A DNA stretch of 64,000 nt from Paraspadella gotoi (lineage: Eukaryota > Animalia > Chaetognatha), in the NCBI GenBank assembly GCA_051294375.1, contig CM119270.1:4084301-4148300 (forward strand), read 5' to 3'. Made by a program: the position numbers and the translations under genes. Under the pieces are notes generated by a model. It searched no databases, had not been told where the DNA came from, and saw nothing but the letters and a program-made list of their open reading frames with translations. How positions within the stretch are numbered: the first letter of the stretch is position 1; each line of letters opens with the position of its first letter. This document shows positions 29,268 through 39,498 of this stretch, piece after piece.

Positions 29268-30088
29268 CAAGATTCAGTTTATGGATGAGGAAGAGAAATC
29301 TCGGTGCCGAGCGAAGAATCTTCTTCCGCCCCCCCTCCCAAAAAAAAAAAGATGCCTTTTGTTTGTCTGTATACATGGTAAATCAATTATTTCAAAAGAT
29401 GTTTGGCAAAACAATGGAGGAACAACCACATTTTTAAGAGCACACTTACAGATTTGGATATTAAAAACATTAGATCAATTAAGAATTAATGTCGAAATTT
29501 TCTTATTGCAATTTCGACAACAACTCTTAGTAGATCTATTCTTTTTAATAACAAAATCTTTAAGTCTGCTCTCAAAAAGGTGGTTGTTAATATTACTGAT
29601 AAAAACTCTCTTTCAATGTCTTTTTATGTCTCTTTAGGATTTTACTTTGATTTACTCTGATTTACACTGATCTTTAAAGCAGTCGTACTATATACTAGTA
29701 TAAAAAAAAGTAATAACAGTTAAATCAACCTAAAAAAAAAGAGTATTGGGAAAGGAACTGACCGAACTATTTTTTTTTTTTACCAGACAGACGGACGCCC
29801 CGCCCGTCCGTCCCGAATCGGAAGTTTCGGCGGCCGCGTTCACTGCCGTCGACAATGGAAGCTTATCTCCTCTTTAAACAAGTGAGAGGAGAGGAGAAGA
29901 AAAATGGCGGCGCGCCGGAGGAGGAGGAGGAGGAGGAAGGAGGAGGAAGAGGAGGAGGAGGAAGGAGAAGAACGAAGAGGATGAAAGGAGGAGGGAGTAG
30001 GGAGTGGGGTGGGCAGAAGAAAGAATAAGAAATGAGAAAATAATACGAGAAAAAAAAAAGGAGGTGAGATTTGCGAACGATTCATCAG

Positions 30089-30152
<64 letters not shown>

Positions 30153-30378
30153 CAAACATGTCTCCACGCCTATTCCAAACTATATCTTCTGAAAAAGTAA
30201 GAAAAATAAAACGAATCAAAAATTAAGAAAACAAAAATTCTATAACAACAAAAAACAAAGGAAAAGAAAAACCTTAAGAATAAAGAAAAATGTGAAAAAA
30301 AAACAAGAAAACAATAAAGAATAAAGAAAGAAATGTGAGAAAAAACAGGCGACTTAGAATAACTTAAGGTTCTTTTTT

Positions 30379-30446
<68 letters not shown>

Positions 30447-31683
30447 CTCCTCTCTCTCTCTCAGGCTGCACCTTTTAGTCTAATTCCTTCGGCTTCGCCT
30501 CAATAATTCATGGTTTGAGACGAATCCTGGATTTGAAGATCACGCTTTCAAAAAAGTCGGAATTCGGAAATGAATTAGATCCAAAACTCGTAACTGTAGT
30601 TATTCTAAAAGTAATAACCATTGTCATTTTATGTTTATTTTTATCGCCGTAATTATTTAACATATTTTGTATATTTATTTTTCTTCATTCGCGCGAAATG
30701 AGCAAAAAGCCGCCATCTTTGAAAACAACCACCGTTCCTCACTAATCAAAAAGAAATTTATCTTCACATTTAAAACTAAAGATTTCAAATTTGAGAATTT
30801 CTATTATTTCTGTATAATTTGTACTGTGTACACCTGTTTCTTATTCATATAGTTTCGCCCCTCTATATAACCCCATTTTTAATATTATGTCAATAAAGTT
30901 CCAATTGACATTTACTGACGCCCCCCCTTCCTGTGAAACATCTGGTCAGCACGAGTTGAGAGATATGAAGCCTTCATATTGAAGGCGACTTATTCCAGAA
31001 TGTTTGCTGTCGATGATGACGACGACGAGGACGACAACGACGACGACGAAGATGACGAAGAACCGATTTTTCAATACCCACTTCATCTCTCTTTCTCTTC
31101 CAATGTACTCCTAGTCGCTAAGATCGTACGTAAGACGTAGTAACATGTAATTAATTTAGTGAAATCATTTTAAAACAATATTGTTATTCTCAGTTGCGTT
31201 TTAAATGAGAAATGACAAAATTGTTCCCCTCTCGCTCTAATCAAGAAGATAAATTTCTTTACAGAAACAAAAAGGCTCATCAGATTCTCAAAAAAAATTA
31301 TGACTCTTTAAAATATTATTTACAGAGATGTATTTAGTAGAAACACGAGATTCGTAATTTAAAAAAAAAAATTTAGTATGCAATCCTGGATGACTAACGT
31401 TAGTAAGGTAAAAAGCTAGGAAACTAAAAATCACCAAATCATCTAGTACCTTTTAGAAAATTTGTTATGTTCAAATCAATGAGAATCGATATGCAGTCTT
31501 CAAGTAAACAATAACTAAATGGCTCACTGATAAACCAAAGAATAAAAAATGAACAGTTAAAAAACTAAATAATTTCGGTCAATTTATGACAAACCAAAAT
31601 TATAAAAAATTCTATGATAAAAAAATTCTTGTTATTAGCACGAATATTACTAAACATATACTAATTACATTATTCTAGTTGGT

Positions 31684-31753
31684 TGGCGACTTCGCCATGG
31701 CGATATCGCCAGGCTTTGGCGATGTCGCCAGTCCCCCACTGGCGACCTCGCCA
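31684..31753. repeat. four TGGCGAnnTCGCCA palindromes between ~140-bp direct repeats
   Basis: Palindromes at 31684, 31698, 31717 and 31740; flanks ~31530-31669 and ~31771-31905 are near-identical. Confidence 0.85.
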
Positions 31754-32144
31754 GTGATAAAAGTAGCGATATAAAACCAAAGAATAAAAAATGACAGTAA
31801 AACTAAATAATTTCCGGTCAAATTTATGACAAACCAAATATAAAAAATTCTATGATAAAAAATTCTGTTATAGCACGAATATTACTAAACATATACTAAT
31901 TACATAGTAGGATTAAAAAAGAACCAATTAGTTTCATCCAAAAACAGAATACATACAAAATATGTCAACGAAATGAACAGAAAAAAAGGAATCTTAAACA
32001 AAAATTGTATTTTTAGTTTCCAACGCCAATTTTGTAAAAAAAAAAACAAGTGAAAGTGAGATTCAACCTGCTTTTGTCTCGATCATCAAAATCTTACTAA
32101 TGCCTCATCGTACTTCTTATTTTGCGAAACAATGAACTTATTCC

Positions 32145-34690
32145 TCATATGCTATCATAAACGTTTTCGGAACTGTTTTTCTCCGCCTCCATCACAGGAT
32201 TCACTTTTCCCTCTGTTACAGCGATCGGCCTCGGAGGTTCGTTCTTTCCCCTTCCCTTTTTCACACACAGAACGACGACGACAAAGAGGGTGACCAGGAT
32301 TAGACCTCCCAGGACCAAAGCCGCGATCATCCACGTCATATTCATCGAACCGTCGCCCGGGATGGGGACAGGCTCGGACACGCCTCGGAACTCGCACCGT
32401 CTCCCTGGATACTCTTTCTCACCGACGTCTTCGTAGCCTCGTTTGCATCGACACTCGAACGATCCGACGTTGTTGACGCATTCGGCGCTGAACGAGCAAT
32501 CGTTCTTGGTCCGATCCGCGCATTCGTCATTATCCTCAAGACGAATGGCGTCGGCGCCGCTCGCGATCTTGAGTCCGGTTTGAGCCTCGACCGACTTCAA
32601 ATGTCTAACCAGGGACGACCGCATTTCATGAAAAGTCATTTCGTCCAATTTTTTGCGGTCGTTCACGGCAAAGATTGAGACTGCGAAATGTGCCACGACG
32701 CTCCCGGGTGTTAGTTTTATCAATTCAACTTTACTCTCAATTTCTGGGTCGGCTTGGTCCAATCCTTCCGTCACTTCTTTTGTTAGATTCATTTGAATTT
32801 GTTTATACTGGGGCGATTCGGGATCGGAATATTCGTTTATGAATGTCTGGTCGATTTTAATGGAACATTTCAAATCATTGCTTTTGCGACAATAGTTTGG
32901 AAAACTGGGCAATGGTTTTTTCCCGTCTGGGCAAACACATTCATAAGAGCCATGATTGTTTATGCATTTTTTTCTTTCAAGGTTTTGTTGACATATATTC
33001 TTTTCTTCCAATTTACACTCATTGACATCGGTGCAATTTGGCAATGGGCCATCCCAAAGTGCAATATTATAGGTGGATGATTGAATGCATGTTCGGGTAT
33101 CTGTGAAAGGTGGTGGACTGACAAGCGTAAATCCGTGACGGCATTTGAAAGTACAAATAGAAGAAACACTAAATCCTCTGGTGCAGTCAACCCTTCCATT
33201 TGGAACCTTAACAATTTCCTGGCATTGCTGAGCTTCTTTTGGAGCAAGATGAAACGGACCCATAGTGACTTCCTGCACACGATTAAAGTGATTATTGATT
33301 GCACGACGCCGTCTTCCAATGGCCGTTTGATTTTGACAGCCCCGATGGCATCTTGATCCCCAGTCAGTCGCGTCGCATATTTGAATTTGGCAGTGGAGAA
33401 AGACTTGATCGTACAATCCTCGGAACTTGAAAACTTGGAATGACAGACGCGCTTTGTTCCGGATTCCATAAGTTGGATGGATCGTCACCGTATCATCCTT
33501 CTTGCACCCATCCTTAATAAGGTCATAGCTAATGCCGGTAGTCGTGTTTTGCATCGGCGTTGCCCAACAATGCAAAAGAAAAGCTTCAAAATTGTAGTAG
33601 GTGAGCAACGTATACTGTAGGTAAATGCTTTCTTTCAAATGAAAAACAAACGGAGGGGATGATTCATACACATAACTGGAAGTGGTGTATATCGAAGCTT
33701 TGATTTGCAACTGTCCCTCGCCAATGATAACTGGAGGAGCTCCCACAACGTCGATCTCACTGGTTACATTCACTTTTGTCTTGTACATGCATCGCAAACC
33801 CCAGTGACTTCGTGAACTGAAATCTCTTGTTATAATGGGATGTTGGCCTGGAGCGCCACTTTTGGAAAGCACAATATGATTGTTGAACAGTATGTATTCA
33901 GCAGTATAATTTATAGTTGTTCCACATGTAAGCCCGGTAATGTTTAGGTACCAGTACTGTTCTGTATCATTGATGAGTGTGTGCCTTATGTAACGACCAT
34001 CTTGCAAAGAATAAAAGGGGCAAGAGCCTAATGTTACTATTGGACCATTTTGCAAAGACTTTCCAATGAAGACTTCCATTTGAGGAAATCCAATTGGGTT
34101 ACTGGTGCAAAATATCTTTATGCCTACGGCATCTTCACAGACCTTTTCGTGTATCTGACCTTCAATAGTGCTAAGAAATGAGGTATCCTGTACTTTATAA
34201 ACTCTAGAACCTACTGTTGCGATATCTTCAAGCTCATCAAAATCAATTCCATATCCTATACCGATGGCATATACAATGATTCCAAGATTTTTAGCTTTTT
34301 GTGCGGGACTGTAAACACTATCACCACTTTTCCCATCTGTAAGAACTAATGCAATTGACATTACATTGGGGTCGTTCAGCCTGTTGCCCGATTCAAACTG
34401 TGCCACTGCCAAATTGATAGCCCTCCCGGTGTTAGTACCCCCAGAGGGATAAGATATTTTATCAATTTCTTTTTTAGCATATTCTTTGTTATATGTGAAA
34501 CTTAATTTCAAATAAGAATAACTATTGTAAACGATTACGGCAACTCGCGAGTCGGCAATGTGTAATCTGTCAATCATCCGGGTCACAAAATCTAAAGCTT
34601 CTCGAAAAGAAGATGATCCGATGCTCCCACTTCCATCAACAATGAACATTATATCCAAAGAATAGTCATGACATGTAGTATTTGCTTTTT
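32145..34690 (-). CDS. exon 13 (2546 nt): vWA-ZP-furin site-CCP-cbEGF-SEA-cbEGF-TM-cytoplasmic tail
   Basis: vWA MIDAS DGSGS..GGTNTG..LTDG; ZP-C motifs CWATP..YDLIKDGC..RLSFQVFKF..VFLHCQIQIC; RRRR furin site then EHP-like EVTMGPFHL; sushi C..NGRVDC..CTFKCRHGFTL..C..W..P.C; SEA PG/SVV; TM WMIAALVLGGLILVTLFVVVVLCV; tail ends NVYDSI. Confidence 0.95.
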
Positions 34691-37600
34691 CTGAAAATGA
34701 TTATTTGTAACAAAAATTTTAATTAATTTTTTTCAGCAAAAAACTATATTACCAATTTAGAAACTAACTATTACTAATTATTACTTCAGACACCAGACAT
34801 TTTCAAACCTTGGCAAGTCGGTCCCGTCCACTGTCTTTCACAAGAACAATTAAAGGATCCTCCAACGTCTTGACAGGTGCCCCCATTTTTGCAAGGCGAT
34901 GATGCACATGTATCTACCTCTGCAAAAACAATTATTTTTCTGTTTATATAGAGCTTATTACAAGCATGAAAAATCAAATTTGAGCAATGTATCATAACTT
35001 ACTGATTTCACAGTAATGTCCAGTCCATCCATTAGAGCAATTACACTGTAGATAACCAGTGCTATTTGAACAAGTTCCTCCATTTTTGCAATAATTGTCA
35101 CATCCACGGGCCCCTGATCAAATATTATTAAAAATTTCAAAAATACTGATTTCAGGGTTTTAGTTATATTATTATTATTATTAGGAGAAAAACAGTTTTG
35201 TTTAACAACGATTTAATTGACACAAATTAGTCAGAGATGTTTCGGCTCTTTCACTTAGAGCCTTCATCAGTGTTTTTCTCCTAATACCTCAAAAAACAAC
35301 GAAAAGAGAGTACATACATAATTATTATTATTATAATTATATAATATCACTATAAGACTTTAACATACAACAGTTCCTCTCAGTCACTTTAAACAAAAGA
35401 AATGTTAAAAAAAGTTAAGGAAAACTTTTTGACTAACTTTACGTACATAAAGGGTGACGTCCTAATAAAATGCATGAATTCTAAAAGTTGTAACCTTTTA
35501 CAATGATACAGGAGTAGTTTTCATTCATAATTACCATCTGTTCTTGATTCACAAATGAAATTTTCTGGGCAGCATTGGTAATTTCCCCATTTTCCCCAAT
35601 ATCCCCAATTCGTCGGATCGATATAAACAAATGGGTAATAAGTTTGTGTTCCTTTTCCATTATTAAAATTTTTGTATGTCATTGTTTGGTTGGTCGAAAT
35701 CCATCTTAAGCTCCAGTTGTTGTAAGAATCTTCAAACCATTTACCACCCGTAATCCAATGGTCATTATAAATGGAATAACCCCATGCTGCAACTATTGTA
35801 TTTTCCTCGGGTGTTTCTATTGCCACTAAATCACTTCCCTGTTAACCAAATTTTAATTATTATCCAGTTAGTTTTATACGACATCATAAGTTTCCCAATT
35901 AAATACATGATAATTACCAGGTCCAGGCAAATTTGTCTTGCATCCCAGTAATGAACCTTTCTTTTCCCATAAAGATAGCAGCTGCTATTAGAATATCTCA
36001 CATAATAGGTTGAGGGAAATTTTTTTGATTCTGACTCAAACTGTTCGCATGAATCTGAATAAATCATAATTATTATTAATTGCTATTATTATTATCACTA
36101 TAATTATTAATATTATTATAATAATTATTATTAATAATATCATTATTAGTTATATTGTTTTTATTACAAATAGAAATTTTAAAATCATTATCATTATTGT
36201 TGATATTACATTATTATTATCATAATTTTGAATTAAATGCTTCCTATTATTTTTCTTTCTAATTTAAGGTATTTAAAAAACTTTTGTATGCTACTAGAAA
36301 TAATATTACTTACTCACGCACGCATATGATCCTGGAGTGTTGATACATGACATCCCACTTGGGCATGGTGACAAAAAATTGCATTCATTGACATCTGTAA
36401 ACATTTTTTTAAACTTGTATTTTAATATGAACATAGGTATATTTATTTATTTATATCAAAATTATTAAATATTAAGGTTATTGAACTATTATAAAATTAA
36501 GAAACTGTTATAAGAAACTATAAATGATATAATTGTGATAACTGTACATAATTAGTTATAGCAGTTATAAGAAACTGTTATAAGATTATGAGTTTTCAAA
36601 CTCGAATCTCTAAATCCCATATACTCATTTAATTATAACACAATTATGAAACTTTTATAAGATTTTTGTCAATAATGAAGAAACAAAAATTATTTTTCGA
36701 TAGCAGATGAATCTAACCTAAAAACGACAAAAGGTTTCTGAAAGAGGTTAGGAAAGGATCTTAGTAAGTTAGTTGTATAAAGAAACATTTTTTTCTTTTG
36801 GTCTTACAAATGAACAATGCATAAAGACCGATGTTGAAATTTCTAGCAAAAACTTTTTTGTCTTCCTCACTAAATCTCTTTTGGCCTGGAGCAAGGTTAA
36901 AACTTAAAAACATTAACTTATGGATTTACTGAAACGGATTTAATGTTCTGTGCTTAAAATGTGTTTAAAGAATTATGATTATTAGGTTATCTGATCTTGT
37001 CTTTAAAAAATAGTATTTTCCAACCTAGAAGACACGAGGGCCCTTCCCAACCAGGTTTGCAAGAACACGTGAAAGATCCGAGAGTATTCTGGCATGTTCC
37101 TCCATTTAGGCAAACATTCCATTGGCATTCATTAATGTCTGTTATCAAAAATAGGATATGAAAATAGTGAATTTGGGCTTTAAGTTTCGTCATTGGGGAT
37201 AAATGGAAAGGCGAACAAACAGCGCACTAAAATATCATGGATTTAGATATAAGTGCTGAGGAATATATTTCAAAAATATATACTATCACTGTATCACATA
37301 CTATACTATCACATTTTTAATAAAGGATATCTACTCTAAAACTTTTCTTTCAATAGTTTCCTTCCATTTTTTGTAGGTCAATTCGTTTAGAAGTTAGAGG
37401 CAAAAAAATAAAGTAACTTCAAATAAAATATGTCGAAAAAAATCATATTTAGTTTTCCTCTATTTAGCTATTTGTTTTTATTTCGAATATAGTTAGTTAT
37501 TTTTATTTTTTTTTTAAAAAGCCTCTTATGTGATATACTTTTTTCCTAGATAGTTTAAATAATAAATATTCTACAATATACATACATAGTACAGACAGGA

Positions 37601-39457
37601 TAAAAACTAACATTCTAAAAACGCCAATGGTTTCCTTTACACTAGTTTTCTTTCGCTTTTATTTATACTATGATGTTCTGTTCTCTTACCTTGTTCGCAG
37701 ATTTTTCCAGTCCATCCCAAATTGCAGTCACAAGAAAAATTTCCTTGTGGAGCTACATCCTTGCATGAAAAGACATTCTGACAATGATAACCAGCGCATC
37801 CCTTACCTAACGACAGAAGCAAAGTCTCATACAATTTTTTATTACTTCTGTTTTGTTTTAAAACAAATATTAGGAATAACAGTTTTTGTGTTTTAACGAA
37901 TTTTTAATCATAAAACACAAAAACTGTTATTCCTAAAAATTTCTAAATTAACGAAAAGAAAGAAAATCATTACAAAAACAAATATTAATATTAGCACATT
38001 TTTATCGCATAAAGTTGTAGGGTTGTCAAGTCAATTGACTCGTTTTTTTTCTTTCTCTCTTTTTCATTCTCTCCTCTCATCTTACAAATATCCTAAAATC
38101 ATTATTGACCGTTTTCATTCATTTTGACCAGTCAGTCAATAATTGATTATGCCCTTTAAAGTTAAAGTAGTCAGAGAGAATATAAGTTAATATTGGTAAA
38201 CGTTTATTGAATTCCTAAAAGCAGTTTTTAAGGATTTTCAAAGTAAAAATAAGGTTTAGTCTTAAAATTATAATTATAATTACTGTGAAATCTGTTGCCT
38301 CGTTTCTCTTTTTCACTCTCTCTCCCCTCGTTTATTAACTCGTTCAATTTACCTTTTACGATCATTTGACCACTTTGACCGCATTGGGTCATTTAGTATT
38401 TCCATAATTAGAGAGACTGTGAACCAGTTTTTAGTTTGCTTCAAAGACTCACAAAATATATGTCTGTCCCGTTTGGAAACTCCGTTCTTACGGGTTTCTT
38501 AATGATAATTAATGAAAATTAAAGCCTTTAAAAATATTCATCGTCTTTTTCTTCAATCGTGTGGAACTCATGTTAGACTCTTCTGAACGGGCGACATCAA
38601 ATGCTCGTCTTCGCTAAGAGTGAGAATAAACAATTCTTCACAATTACTAGATAAAAATATACATAATAAATATCCCACTTAGTAATTTTCAAATTGTAAG
38701 GATTAACGTCTTTATTTTAATTTGGTATTTATTCATTTATTGGATAATTGCACGGATTATTAACACTTTTCAAACAGTTTACTTACTCGAGCAAATATAG
38801 GATCCTATAGTGTTTATGCATACTGTTCCATGGGCGCAGGGAGAAGACAAACATTCATCAACATCTATAAAGGTTTGACAGGTGAAATTATAATCAATAT
38901 TCTTGCGAGTGCAAATGGATGAATTGAATTATTATTTATTAATTTTTGAGGTAACTTTCAACTCAATACTTTCATTCAATTTTTTATCGATATTTTATAA
39001 TAATTAGACATACCTCTCTCACATACTCTTCCCCAATACCCTTTGTTACAGAAACAAGTAAAGTTTCCTGGGGGAGATGTATTCCAACACGAATAACCAT
39101 TTTTGCATGGGTTATTGGCGCAGCCATTACCTAAAAAGATATAAAAACGAGATAGTTCCTTCCAATGTGTTTCGCTTCAGTGACTTTCTTTGCCCATGTA
39201 TTTATGCTCGCACTGTATCAGTATTCCGTCTTTTATATATATATACTATAGCCTATATATTATGAGCATTTTTAACGTAAGTGGGGCATACCGACCGATC
39301 AAAAAGTCCCTTAAAGATTTGCTCCGCGAGTACTCGCGTCGCAACTAAAAATAAAGAAAGGAGAGAAATTTTGCAAAGCTGTCTAAGTTTATTTGAGTTA
39401 TAAGCAAATTAATTAGAAAACTCTGGCGACTCGAGTTAACCTCGGTCAACCAGATGA

Positions 39458-39498
<41 letters not shown>

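Noticed and set aside
32155-33469. Overlapping alternative-frame and antisense ORFs within exon 13 (also 48273-49308 within paralog 2)
   Set aside because: Shadow ORFs of the real coding frames, with no independent signal
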